Shown one piece after another: positions 11,351-23,930 of a stretch of DNA of 64,000 bases (the first letter of the stretch is position 1; every line of letters begins with the position of its first letter). Below the pieces are notes generated by a model. It ran no database searches and was not told where the DNA came from. It saw nothing but the letters and a program-made list of their open reading frames with translations. The stretch is taken from contig JAQGDQ010000675.1 in the NCBI GenBank assembly GCA_030141605.1, positions 50,610 through 114,609 of the forward strand. The letters run 5' to 3'. The DNA is from Tubiluchus corallicola (lineage: Eukaryota; Animalia; Priapulida). The translations under genes were made by a program, and so were the position numbers.

Positions 11351-13492
11351 TCATCTGAACCACGTGATCGTTATCGTGAAAATTCTTAGTACAAACACAA
11401 GGGTTATTAAAATAATTAAAATACAAATAGTTATCACAAGAATGATAATGGGAATAAGATACTTCATTCGATCCAGTTGTCCTGAGCACGACTGTTCTTT
11501 GCCGTCTTTCAACACACCTTGCTGCTTCTCAGTCTGGTGTTCTGGGACAATGGCTGATAATAAGGGATGTTCTGTTGTACCGTTTTCTAGCTTCTGCTGC
11601 TTCAGTGTTTCATTCTGAGCCTTTTGTTCTTGCAAAAGTTGTTCTTCATTGGGCATGTCAATGCACTGTCCGCTTTCGACATCTAGCACGTATCCTTTTT
11701 TGCAGTATTTTTCGCAGTTGTGCTTTTTGGAAAATATACCAGCTTCACGGATCGTGCAGTTTTTGGCTTCCTCGGGATCAGCTTGGCAAGGAGTACTGCA
11801 GTTGAACTCTTTGGATTCTTCTGTTTTGTTTTCTGCGCTACAGACATTTCCTCGTGGTTTGCAATTTCTAACTTTAGTCTGCCGCCCAGATGAAGTTCCA
11901 CAGGGGCTGCAATCTGTGTTAGGGATCCATTCACCCCATGTGCCTTGCTCTTGCTGAATTTCTGGTTTCTCTGTTTCTTGTTTTGGTGGTTGGTATACAT
12001 TTTCAGTGGCATGTTCTTGCACGAGTTGTTGGCCATCAGGTAAATCAAGACATTCTTCTTTGTCAATATCAAGGGCAAATCCTTTCCTACAGTACTTCTC
12101 ACATTGGTTTCTTTCAGAAAATATACCACTTTTATAAACTACACACACTTGGCGATTATTAGATCCAGCTGGGCAGGGATCTTTACAAACCATCTCTTCG
12201 GATTCTTCCAGTTTATATTGTGGACCACAAAGTTTTCCTACTGGAGTGCATGTTCTGGTTTTAGTTCTTGTGCCAGACGAAGTCCCACAAGGACTGCAGT
12301 CGTCCTTAGAAATCCATTCACCCCACGAACCTGGTGAAATAAAAAACAAGTCTTCCTCTGTTGATGATTTCTGCCCTAGCCAAGATCCTTCAACTTGTGG
12401 CGGTAGTAGTACATCATCTGGTGAATCAATACATTCTCCTTTGTCAATATCAAGTGCAAACCCTTCCTTGCAGTACTTTTCACATTTCTTCCTTTCAGAA
12501 AATATACCAGCTTCGTGAACTACACACACTTCACGATAATTAGATCCAGCTGGGCAGGGATCTTTACAAACAATCTCTTGAGATTCTTTCACTTTATATT
12601 GTGGACCACAAAGTTTTCCTACTGGAGTGCATGTTCTGGTTTTAGTTTTTGTACCAAATGAAGTTCCACAAGGACTGCAGCCTTTTTTAGAAATCCATGC
12701 ACCCCACGAACCTGGTGAAATAAAAAACAAGTCTTCCTCTGTTGATGATTTCTGCCCTAACCAAGATCCTTCAACTTGTGGCAGTAGTTGCTCCTTGTCA
12801 GGTATATCAATGCATTCGCCTTTGTCAACATCAAACGCAAACCCTTCCCTGCAGTACTTATCACACTTTTTCCTTTCGGAAAATATACCAGCTTCGCGAA
12901 CTACACATGCTTCACGATTATCAGGACTAGCTCGGCAAGGATCTTTACAAACAGTTTCCTCAGATTCTTCTCTTTCGTTCAAAGGGCCACAAAATCTTCC
13001 TGAAGGAATGCATGTTCTGGTTCTAGTTTTAGTGCCAGTCGATGTTCCACAAGGGGTACATTCTGCCTCAGTAACCCATTTACTCCATGAACCGGGTGGT
13101 GGAACATGACATGTTGAGTTGTCGAAGTTGATGCACACTACTTTATTTCGGCATTTTAACAAGTGTTTTGGGCAGTTGTAGTTGCAGAATTCTTCGTCGC
13201 TACCGTCGGAGCAATGCGGATATCCGTCGCATTTGAGAATCTCCCGGTAGCACTGCTGACCATTCATACACTGAAGAAAAGTCTCTTTGCACCAAAACAG
13301 TTCACAGTTCCTGTTCTTAGTGCAAGTGGGAAAAATATCACAGTCAAACACATCAGGAAGACACTGAACCTCACCTGGGTATTTATCCAGACAATTGTGA
13401 CACATTGGCTTCTGGCAAATTGAGAGTTTCAGTAAGAGGGCTGCATGAAGAACTTTAATAGTAAAAAGAAAGTGCACTCTCGCGGCTGCCAT
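11351..13492 (-). CDS. Intronless type I membrane protein: signal peptide, LDL-receptor class A module(s), 4x (TSP1 + EGF-like Cys unit), TM helix, very short tail (713 aa)
   Basis: Uninterrupted 2.1-kb ORF with first ATG at 13492 (MAAARVHFLFTIKVLHAALLLKLSIC). Canonical LDLa CMNGQQCYREILKCDGYPHCSDGSDEEFC. Four WxxW...CSPCG...TRTC TSP1 motifs. Hydrophobic LIPIIILVITICILIILITLVFVL near the C-terminus. Confidence 0.88.
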   Translation of the reverse strand: MAAARVHFLFTIKVLHAALLLKLSICQKPMCHNCLDKYPGEVQCLPDVFDCDIFPTCTKNRNCELFWCKETFLQCMNGQQCYREILKCDGYPHCSDGSDEEFCNYNCPKHLLKCRNKVVCINFDNSTCHVPPPGSWSKWVTEAECTPCGTSTGTKTRTRTCIPSGRFCGPLNEREESEETVCKDPCRASPDNREACVVREAGIFSERKKCDKYCREGFAFDVDKGECIDIPDKEQLLPQVEGSWLGQKSSTEEDLFFISPGSWGAWISKKGCSPCGTSFGTKTKTRTCTPVGKLCGPQYKVKESQEIVCKDPCPAGSNYREVCVVHEAGIFSERKKCEKYCKEGFALDIDKGECIDSPDDVLLPPQVEGSWLGQKSSTEEDLFFISPGSWGEWISKDDCSPCGTSSGTRTKTRTCTPVGKLCGPQYKLEESEEMVCKDPCPAGSNNRQVCVVYKSGIFSERNQCEKYCRKGFALDIDKEECLDLPDGQQLVQEHATENVYQPPKQETEKPEIQQEQGTWGEWIPNTDCSPCGTSSGRQTKVRNCKPRGNVCSAENKTEESKEFNCSTPCQADPEEAKNCTIREAGIFSKKHNCEKYCKKGYVLDVESGQCIDMPNEEQLLQEQKAQNETLKQQKLENGTTEHPLLSAIVPEHQTEKQQGVLKDGKEQSCSGQLDRMKYLIPIIILVITICILIILITLVFVLRIFTITITWFR

Positions 13493-14746
13493 GCGTTTAG
13501 GGTAAGGTAAAGAAATGTCTGTGAGCACAGAACTGCTGCAAGTTTCATTTTAAACAATTTAAACGTAACACTGTGTCTTTTTGAGACGTCAGGCTGCTGC
13601 TGTTTCGAATAAAAGAGAGGAACCTAGAGAATGTTTTGCAAAGTACACTAAGTTAAAAGATTTCGTAAGAATTTTGGTTGGGTCATTGTGATGACATCAT
13701 AATTTAATTTTGAAAAAAGTTGCAAGAAACGCAAGAACTCATTGAAAGCGCTTGTAGGAATTCAACGTGACGTTACTGTAAAACGTCGTGTAACAATGGA
13801 AGAGTAAAAATAAAAGTTTGAAGTTACCAAACTATAAAGAACGCCATTGTTTTTTTATCATTATGTAAAGCCAATTCATTCTCTCATGCCGCAAAACCTT
13901 TCTTCTACTGTATAATTTTGCTTTTCAGTGACTCGGTAATAAAGAGTTCAGTACAGCAGAGAACTGAGCACGAGGTGGCTTTAACAGTTGAAAGTATATT
14001 TTTGCTTTTTTTCGAATATTTCATTTACTTATTAAAGTACTGTATTTGCAAATTTTATTAAGTAGTAGATAAGAAGTACTGACCTTCAACCACCCTATGC
14101 TATAACAAGTTTTTTTTAATACTGATATATTTGTTAAATTGTGTTTTATTAGTACAAGAGTCCTTTGGGGCTAGCTACAACACTATTGTTTAACATAGCC
14201 ATTTTATACATGCTGATAACTATAGATAGTACAAAAGTCCTCTTGGGGCTAGTTATAACACTATTGTTTGACACAGACATTTTATACATGCTGATAATTA
14301 TTACATACCACAATTGTGATACAGTTACTAATCCATCACTTATCATCAATTACCATTAAATTTTAGTCAACATCTGTTTACCAGAATTATTATATATTGC
14401 TATACATTGTGTTCAATAATTTTGTTGTTAAAAATTTGATCAGTAGTTTTTCAGTACAATATGAATGATGTTTCACTGTTCTGAAATGGCTGCCATGTTG
14501 TATTTGTGCAATGGCTTGTTTCTGTAATTAAAACGTACCACTGACCTAGGTTTATTGGTAAACAAATCTTGCCTAATAACTGAATATAACTACCGCTGTT
14601 TCATTTTGTCCCAGACTGTGTAACAACATACCCCGAGTGAGGGGTTTGCAGTTACATTTTTATTTTTCTTGATATCTCTACAGGTTCGTAATCCTTTAGT
14701 GTGTTAATGACTACATTTGTAGAGAGATTTGTGTACTTTGCCTGGG

Positions 14747-15201
14747 CAGGCCCCATTTCAGGGGGGGGAGTGGGGATACTTCCCCGGGGCCTCACCCTCC
14801 AGGGGGCCTCGCGCCGAGGTAACATTTTTTTTGCTTTATGCGAACATACTGCCTCCTCCCTCCCTCTCTTGCCGCACGAGCACCGATGTTCAGCTGTTTT
14901 CAGTTTTGGAATTTCTAACACCGGCTTGTACGGAAGTGAGAGTATGGTATTACATATTGCAAACATGTTGTTTTTGATTTGACTATTTGACAAGTATTAA
15001 GGACTGGTCTTGAGAATAAAGCAGTTTTTCTTTCAATTGTTCTTTCCTTTAACAACTGTATAACTCCATATTTTCTCTTCGAAAATGCTTCTCCGGCATT
15101 CTAGCAGTTCAAAAATTTTCTGGGCGCCCGCACCCCCCCCCCCCGAGGGGGCCTCACACACCCCACTTCCTCGGGCCTTGCTTAGGCTGAAATAGGCCCT
15201 G
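14747..15201 (-). mobile_element. hAT-type MITE, copy 3, microsatellite unexpanded
   Basis: Same TIRs; TSD TGCCTGGG/TGCCTGGA. Confidence 0.9.
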
Positions 15202-16659
15202 TGCCTGGATACTAGTCATGAGATGTATTACAAGAGAAAATATATGAAATATTACAACCATACCCGGTACATCTATTCTGCAGGGGTAACAAGTGGAAAT
15301 GCAAAGACCACCAGCCTACATGTAGAAAACAGTGGCAGCTCGTAGTTAAAACTAGTGGCGGTGCTGTTTCACAAAATGTCTAGTTATTGTTTCAATACTG
15401 TGTAAAACGAAACAAACATAATTTTTTGTGTAATTTGTAATTGTAATTTCTAACAAACATAAAAAAATTACATAAACTTGATAAAATCCTAAACAAAAAA
15501 GTGTTTACTAATAGCCTAAATTGTCGCAGTTCAAGCTTGATCCATTCACGGTAAGCACGTAACAACAAACTGTGTGAACGACAGTACTTTCTCTACCTAG
15601 CAGGAGGCACTAGCAGTGCAGCATACACAGTGTTATCTCAGCCATGCGCACAACAGCCAAAAACACTGTGCTGGGCTGTGAAGCAAACAGTACTACCCTC
15701 ATGTGGTCTGGTTCCGTACAAGTATAAAGAAATAACTAAAGAAAAATGACATCATATTGAATATTATCGATAATACTGAGTGAAAATAGGGGGCGCTGCA
15801 GTTCTTCTGGTAGGAAATAAAATGGTGACTTGAACGGCAATAACAATAACAAAGACAAAAACTGTGAGGAATTATCTATAAAAGAAATGATTTTCTTCAT
15901 CAAAATCAAAGATTAAAATGTTACATAATCGTAGTAAGAAAATATATTTTTTCATCAAAATTTTCTTGAAAAAAATCTGTGTGAAATTTTTCAACATTGA
16001 TAGAAAATAGTAAAAAAACAGATTGCAATTATTACATTTCATTAAAAAATAAGGTACTTAAAAAATGTTTAAGCTAAAGTTCCTAATAGTTTACAATTCA
16101 TACAAAACTGTGAGAAAACAAGTCGTTTTGTAACATTATAAAACACAATAAATAACTCATTCATCAAGATATAAAATGATATACAAATTTAAGTACATAC
16201 AGTCACAAAGGCACTTATGGTAATTTGTACAATATGACTATTAAACATTTTTGTTTCTAGAAATGAAAATTAAAGTTGCACAGCTGGAGTTTTCACATGT
16301 CACTCTAAACTCTTTGAAATCTCAGTCAGCCTAAAAACTACAGTTTGGGAAAGTAGTTGACTAAATACGCAAACATGACATGCACGTGAGTACAATCATT
16401 TAGATCATACAGAAAACTGAATAAAAAAATTAAATTCAGTTTAAATTTGAACCGCTTATGCACATCAATAGAGTGAAGAAAAGCAAAACTTTGCACAAAT
16501 ATATTTTACAAGGTAATACGTTATGGATGTTATATAAAATGTGTGAATAAAAAAACATGGTGTTTATTTTGTTGGTGAAAAGTGCATAATTAGTACCAAG
16601 TTTTGCATCTTCTCTGCGAATTTTCATTTCGCAAACAAGGAGAAGGAAAGGGGAGGGAG

Positions 16660-16736
16660 GGAGGTAATGAGAGAGAAGGGGAGAGACAGACGGAGAGAGA
16701 GCGAGAGAGAGAGAGAGAGACAGGGAGAGAGAGAGA

Positions 16737-16818
<82 letters not shown>
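16660..16818. repeat. (GA)n microsatellite
   Basis: Direct reading. Confidence 0.95.
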
Positions 16819-16822
<4 letters not shown>

Positions 16823-17339
16823 CTACGAGCAACAAAACATGTGACATTTAGAGAATGTATCAATGTATCTATATTTTCGTTGGTCATGCATTGATGACCG
16901 TTTTCACTTTGCCGCCTTCGGTACCACCACCTATGTGGGTGCTGCCATCTGTTAGTTAAGGCTAGAGAACCACAGACTATGTACCATGGTAGCACTAAAT
17001 AAACTATATTGACTGATCAAATATCAAATGACTGACTGCATCCTTTCACGCATCCTTTGCTACAAAATTGTCAAAAGAGACAAATAAACAAAGTGTGTTT
17101 GATCAAACAACTGTACATGTATATACAAGATAGATGCCTGTTAACAAACACACTAAAAAGAATAAATTAAGGTACAATAGCAAAAGCTAATGGGGCCCTG
17201 CCCTAACATGTTTTTTTTATCATGCCAGTACCATGCAAAACCATTTAAAGGAAAAGTACACGATTCTTTACAGAAATTTCTGTGAATAGCACATTGTGTT
17301 ATTTTAGTGCAGGTGTACATATACAACTAGACTGTAGAC

Positions 17340-17820
17340 CAGGGGTGTGCAAATTGCGGCCCGCCGAGAGAATTTGTGCAGCCCGCGAAGAGATTTGTCA
17401 ACCTAATGAAAGCACGGCCCGGGCGATTAATTGAGTGTATCCAGCTGAAGTCCGTGCCACGATCCCAAAGATAGTGTGGGTAGTTTTTTCTACTAGATCG
17501 GATGCCATTAACCCTTACAAGACGGTTGTAGCTTAATGTTACTGTACTACACAGACTGTGTAATACACATTACTAATATGCATTGTAATGAAATTACCAC
17601 TATCTGTCCTGAAAGTAGAAATATAAGGTTTGTAATATAAATTTTAATAACTTCTAAAATAGTTTCTTGAGTGTAGTACTAATGATGTACGCAGGTCGGA
17701 TGCAAAAAATCGTTATTAGGCCTTTCTGTACTTGGCTCCTTCATCAAACTGCCTGTGACCCGCAGGAATTGCGGGAAAGTTTAATGTGGCCCGGTTAATC
17801 AGATAATTTGCACACCCCTG
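17340..17820. mobile_element. hAT (Charlie-like) MITE
   Basis: TIR caggggtgtgcaaatt/aatttgcacacccctg, subterminal gcggcccg motifs, 8-bp TSD CTGTAGAC/GTGTAGAC. Confidence 0.88.
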
Positions 17821-18407
17821 GTGTAGACTACTAGGTGTACACATACAACTAGACAGCGACAAAGTGAATTAGTATTGGTGCAACCTGTCACAGCAGAATA
17901 AGAAAAAAATCATCACATTCCAGCTCTACTATTCCCAGATTAATCAATCGCACATACAATCCGGATTTGTGTCTTTAGGCATGTAAAATTTAAACTGCTG
18001 CATCTGCCATCATGTTTATTTATGAATTAAAGAGCTATCACTGCAATGAACATTAAATAAAAATTGATTTTACATAAAAAGTTGCCAAACAAAATAAGAA
18101 ATTATGATAATTTTAATGTCAAGATTATTATTAATGATGGAACAAATCCACAATTCATTAAATTTTGATGTCGAATTTGAAAGACAAAAAATGTGAAATG
18201 TTGCGATATGCAGCTTTCCCAACACTAAAATAATCTCCCTAAATTTGCTCATTCTCGTTACTTACGTTACGGAATTGCAATCAGAACAGCTTCTTTGCAT
18301 AAAAAACAACTTTTATATCGTCCACATGTAATCAGCTTGGACACAGAGTTTATGTTTCAAGTAGCGCTATGCAAAACTTGAAAAATGAAATGTCCGCACT
18401 AACAATA

Positions 18408-18759
18408 AGCCTTTTCACAGATTCAGTGATTGTACCAGACAACGCATTTATGTACACTTGACAATGCCTCGCAGCCCATGTTATTGTAATAGTAACAGTT
18501 TTAACAGCTAGCTAGAATCTTACTTAGTTCATTCTTTTTGTTCGCAAGCAAAATCCTGCTAGTAAATCACTGCACGCAGACTAATGCATAATTAAGTCCA
18601 CGTAAAACAACTGAAGTTACTGAACTGATGCTGCAGATAGTTTTGCTTTACACACACATGTCACATGATGGTTGTAAGTAAAACGTGTTGCTGTGGTACA
18701 CTTAACCTTTGACCTACACCTACAACTGCACGTGCGCACAACGAAACTGTGAAAAGGCT
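18408..18759 (-). mobile_element. AGCCTTTTCACAG MITE, copy B
   Basis: TIRs agccttttcacag/ctgtgaaaaggct; internal homology to copy A. Confidence 0.85.
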
Positions 18760-19738
18760 CATTTTAATGACGGATTGCATGCAAAGAAACTGAATTGAGA
18801 CTTGTAAACTTCAGTTAACTTATTCAAATACTGTAAACACTTCGTAAATATTTAGCAGTGCACAAATCACCAACTCAATAAAATGATTTACATAACTTTA
18901 TGAATGAGGTTCAAAACAGCTCTTCTCTCTGAGCTATTCGACCAGAATGATGGTGTAGCAGACTTAGCTTTTTTTTGTTAATCTTACTTATCGTGCACGA
19001 GGCGCCATCTGTGGCGGAAATGTAAAGTTTTTGGTTTTGGCCAGTTTTTCTGTTTGTTACCTGCTAGTCACCTGTCTGTTTTACTCACCTGTGCTCTGAA
19101 CAGTCAGGTTAAGCCACTTTATGGGATATTTGAGACATTTACGTACTAATTATGTTACAATTAAGCATTCAGTGGTATTAACCTCTGTTGACAGTGTTTC
19201 TGTGACTACAGATGGGATCAAGGATCTGTAATGACTTATAGCAGCTGTTTGATGGCTGAAGTGAAATAGTTATATTACTAAATAGTTTCCTTTCTATAAT
19301 CCTTTAAATATAGTTAACCTAATTATGTGAAATTTCTGAAAAGTACTCTAAGATTTGTTGGTCTTCCCCTTTGGTTTTTCAGTTTGCCTAGAAAGTACCT
19401 CTTTCTTCAGAAAACTCTTTCTGCGCCAAAACTAAGCAAAAGTCTACATGAAACATGTGAGTTCTAAGTAAAGTGTTACAAAATACAAAATATTTCATTT
19501 GATTATCCATTACAAAAAAAACAGCAGTCATTTGTAGATCGTAAAGTCAATGATACACGGCCACTAAAACACACAAACCCTATTCACAAGTACTAAATGG
19601 TGGCGAGTTTTTTTATACAGATTGCCATGTAACAAATCTTTTGACATCTGCCGTTTGACGTATGACCATTTTTAGGGCGACCGTGTATCACTGTTTTAAC
19701 ATGACATGCATCACTCAGATTCTGAATTCTTCTTTTCG

Positions 19739-19819
19739 TCAGAAACTGGTTAGCGACTGTGACTGATCACTTCTGTTTGTGCCGGTAACCACGCCATCTC
19801 CCAGCTTCCTCCACACCAC
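19739..19819 (-). CDS. CCDC85: CCDC85 last coding exon: VVWRKLGDGVVTGTNRSDQSQSLTSF*
   Basis: Acceptor ttttttgccactag. VVWRKLGD completes the REMCNVVWRKLGD motif. TGA stop at 19741-19739. Confidence 0.92.
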   Translation of the reverse strand: MVWRKLGDGVVTGTNRSDQSQSLTSF

Positions 19820-20547
19820 CTAGTGGCAAAAAATAACACTTTTAACTAAAAATACATCAGACACTGATAGTTTATTAACTATATACTGCTATAATATTTA
19901 CTATTACTTAATATACAATAAGTTATTTAATTTCATAATAATTTAATGTCAAAATAGAACTCTATTTCCTTCACTTAATTAGTCTAAATTAGAAATTAGA
20001 AGAAATAGGCTTATTTCAATGTTTGTGAAAAATGTCAGAAGGATTTTGCAATAAAAGTGTGATAACGGCCTCGTTTAATTAGTAAAATCATTTAAAGTCG
20101 CAATCATTTCATGCCTGGGTGCTCACATTCTGAATGCCTATTTTCCCACCAATGACGTCATTGTGTCAGATTTGTGTCAGAGGTATAAGACGTTTTTACA
20201 AAAAAAATAGATAGCTAATTCTGTGATATTTCTGTGTGCAGAAGTTTGAATTATTTCAAGCGGCATGCGCTTATGAAAAGTCACCAAGTCCACCAGTTAC
20301 GTCACAATTTTCAAGTGACCGGCAGCCATACCAATGCACCTGAAAGTCTGTATACTGCGGTAATATAAATTAGCTTTGTGCTTTATAGACAATTTCTTTG
20401 ATATATTAATTCTACATGTAAGTGATAACAGTTAAATAAACCCAACGTGCTAAATGAGTTGCCCTTTCCTTTAATAACAGCAAAATAAACCCAACATACT
20501 AAATGACTTGCCCTTTCCTTTAATAACAGTTAAACGTGACACAATCA

Positions 20548-20697
<150 letters not shown>

Positions 20698-20721
20698 TCA
20701 TATCTTAATATTATTCTAATA

Positions 20722-21090
20722 CGCCTTTTCACAGTTTCGGTGATTGAACACGATCGTGAAAAGATCAAAGGTTAAGTGTGTACACTTGATAACGCCTCGC
20801 GGCCCATGCTGTTTAAATAGTAACAGTTTTAACAGCTATGTAGGACCCTACCTAGTTCATTTTTTCTTTTTCCCAAGAAAGATTCTGCTAGTAAATCACT
20901 GTGTGTACAGACTAATGCATAATTAAGTAAAGTTCACCCAAAACAACGGGCATTACTGAACTGGTGCGACAAAAAGCTTTGCTTTACCCACATGTGATGC
21001 GACAGTTGTAGTTAAGATGCGTTGCTCTGGTACACTTAACCTTTGACCTACAACAACTGCGTGTGCACACAACGAAACTGTTAAAAGGCG
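20722..21090 (-). mobile_element. AGCCTTTTCACAG MITE, copy C
   Basis: TIRs flanked by TA on both sides; ~50 bp from the CCDC85 exon 4 acceptor. Confidence 0.85.
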
Positions 21091-21529
21091 TACTAGTTTC
21101 TATCAGAGACAGAAGTCCTTCATTTAATTAAATTTATTTTCACACACACTCTGATAACAATATAGCATAGTTTAACAAATCTGTGCAGCAATCATATGTA
21201 CTTGTACACAGCTTGGGGTCTGCTTTGCCCTGAAAGTTAAGTAATGCAGAGCTCGGTCGTCAAATGGTTGGCTGACTCCCTGAGATCAATACTTATTTTA
21301 CACAGTCGTATCTGCCACACTATGAATGGGTATTTGTTGCGGGAGGACAAAATTACGCCTGATAACTCTGGTGGCACAACTGTTGGTTTAGTGCCTCAAC
21401 TATTATTAAATTGATTATTAAGTGAAACCTCCTAAAACAAGAAACAGTCACACAGAAATGGACAGAAGCACGTTCCAATGTCACACAACAACCTACACCG
21501 ATGCTGTATTAGTTTCACTGCGGTGGATG

Positions 21530-21740
21530 CAGTGGCATAGCTAATAGGGGAGCTAGGGGATCAACAGCTTTCCCTGATCACATTTTCAAAAAAGGCACCT
21601 TTTCAAAGAGCTGCCTTATTACTTTACCTGATGTAATACACACATACACATACACTATATACACATATAGTTGCTTCGTGTCATGGCATCTTTTTTACGT
21701 GCTTGCTCCCCCTAATTTTAGAGCCTGGCTACGCCCCCTG
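21530..21740. mobile_element. Small hAT-like MITE
   Basis: Imperfect TIR cagtggcatagc/gctacgcccctg; degenerate 8-bp TSD ggtggatg/ggtgaaag. Confidence 0.6.
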
Positions 21741-21775
21741 GGTGAAAGAGAAAAAACAAACACTCAAAAATTTAC

Positions 21776-21850
21776 CTTCATCGCGTGCACAATGGCTTCC
21801 GGTTTTGGACTCGCTCGTTCATCGTGAGTACCTGTGCTACTTGCTGGACT
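21776..21850 (-). CDS. CCDC85: CCDC85 coding exon 3: SPASSTGTHDERASPKPEAIVHAMK
   Basis: Acceptor ttttgcattgcag and donor AAG|gtaaat. KPEAIVHAMK is the conserved CCDC85A/C C-terminal motif. Confidence 0.9.
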
Positions 21851-23296
21851 CTGCAATGCAAAACAGTGACCAATGACCACTGGAGAAGATGCAGCGATTT
21901 TACGAAAAACTTTAACAATCGCAGCTTCATGTGTCGGAGATGCTACAGAAATCACCGTTAGACCAGAAACGGGAAGGTCACAACAAGAACATTTTTAAAG
22001 GAAGACAGGACGATCAATTATACTCAATCTCCATTTTAATTTATATCCAAAATATACATTTTCTTGCGTATAAAAGTAAGCAGTTGTTTCTAATATTTGA
22101 TATTTAGCTTAAAAAGTTAATTAACGGCAACCGAACAACTATCGCTTAGGTCACAAACTAACTACAGTTTGTACAATGTTATGCCTCTTCTCTGCACCTC
22201 AAGCACGTTTGCATCAGAGAAGATTGCTATAAGACGCTGATGTGATGTCACGAAAATGAGCTCTTCATCACAAATGAACACTGCAGTTCATGATCATGCT
22301 TATCACGGTACCCCCCCCCCCCCGGTATTTGTCGGCCACGTGAATGTGACAAAAAGGCGAAATTGCTAGTCTTATTTGAATTCTCTGAGCCATTCGTTGA
22401 TTTGAAAGTCTAACAAAATTTAACTATTCGAGGTAATTATTATTTAATCTAAACTTTGATTTTGGAAAAAACTGTTGTAGTATTCAATATTTTTGAGCAT
22501 ACTTTATTTACTTTATTTTGAACTAATGTTTACACAATCGTCTGGTTTTCCTTTAATCTCTCATCTTTCACATGTGTGACGACAGTCGTCACACCACTAT
22601 CACCTATCATCTTTAGCTATAAGTAACACAACAGGTCGTTGTTACCAAGACATAGAACAAAACACACGTATATAGATATTGACTTTTAAATGTTCAAGAA
22701 CTCAAAAATTACCTCTCTTCCTAGTACGGAGTTGGCAACAAGTTGATAGACGGGGTTTAGATGTGGTTTGTCTGCGCGCTGTTCTTCTCTTCGAAGTTGC
22801 GGCAACACAAAGTCTTCTTTCTAAACCATATTGTAGAAAAGAACGTTACTTTTGCTACGCGATGACTGGCTTTAGGTAACTAAGTTTTGCTTTACACAAT
22901 GTGTGTGCCAATGTGGGCAAATTCGAACAGAGCATCATGGGATAGCTGTTCGTCCATTAACAGAACATATTAGGAGACAATATCCTAATGTAGATTGCAA
23001 TAATTTAAACGAATTCTTTTCATGTCAAAATAGATTTTAATACGTTTCAAATACGTTTGATATTTAACAGGTGCATAACTTAGTGTTTTTATTCTAACAT
23101 TTTCTTCATCTTCCGGTGCTTAATGATAACCGTGTAATAATGCATCTAATTTATCTGGACCGTAAAGATCAGTTGTCCCATTTTTATAACTAATGTACAT
23201 GTAACTGTTATTATGGTCAATAAATTAACTAACTACATTGTCTATATTTCTTTAAAAATATCCTACTGTGCCAAAATAATATACGCTCTAAAATAA

Positions 23297-23930
23297 CTAT
23301 AGGTTTTACATGTCAAATGTAGACAGACGTTAACTCAAATGTAGATTTAGGTAATTCAAATGTGTCGTGGTAACTCAAATGTAGACTTTGGTAGTTCGAA
23401 TGTGTTAACAATGGTTTTCAAGAATTCTTAAGCGTTTTTGGTAAATCGAATGAAGGCACATGTCAAGTCAAATGTGACATTGGTATCTCAAATGTGGATA
23501 GGTGTCAAAATAATAACTTTATAGGTCTACTAATAGTTCACTAATATTCTGTAAACTTTACATACCATTGCAACTGTTAGAGAAAACAATACATTCTCAA
23601 GATAAGCAATGTTTTTTGAGAGAAACTAATTCCTTAATGCAGTGCTAATGCATTACTTAAAAAACTAATTAGTTATTCACTTTTATTGGGAAGTGATGCT
23701 GCTGATAGCACCATGACCATAAAATATAATTTTAATTTCGTTTTATCTTTTCGTAATTTGCACTTAAATGAGTTAATTACCGATTTATTCAAAGTACCGC
23801 ATCTACATTTGACTTACCTAAGTCACATTTGAGTTACCAAAACACATACAAAATTCCTAAGTCTACATTTGACTTACCTAAGTCACATTTGAACTTTCCT
23901 GTGCCTACATTTGACGTGTAAAACCTATAG
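23297..23930. mobile_element. Foldback-type element with modular (tcaaatgt-containing) inverted arms
   Basis: ctataggttttacatgtcaaatgtag / ctacatttgacgtgtaaaacctatag termini, with ~20-22-bp subrepeats mirrored in both arms. Confidence 0.75.

Noticed and set aside
11575-13423. Plus-strand ORFs overlapping the receptor gene, and 44090-44425 over CCDC85
   Set aside because: Antisense shadows of real coding sequence with no recognisable motifs.
10532-15201. Composite transposon carrying the LDLa-TSP1 gene between two co-oriented hAT MITEs
   Set aside because: Each MITE has its own distinct TSD and the outer flanks do not match, so these are independent insertions.
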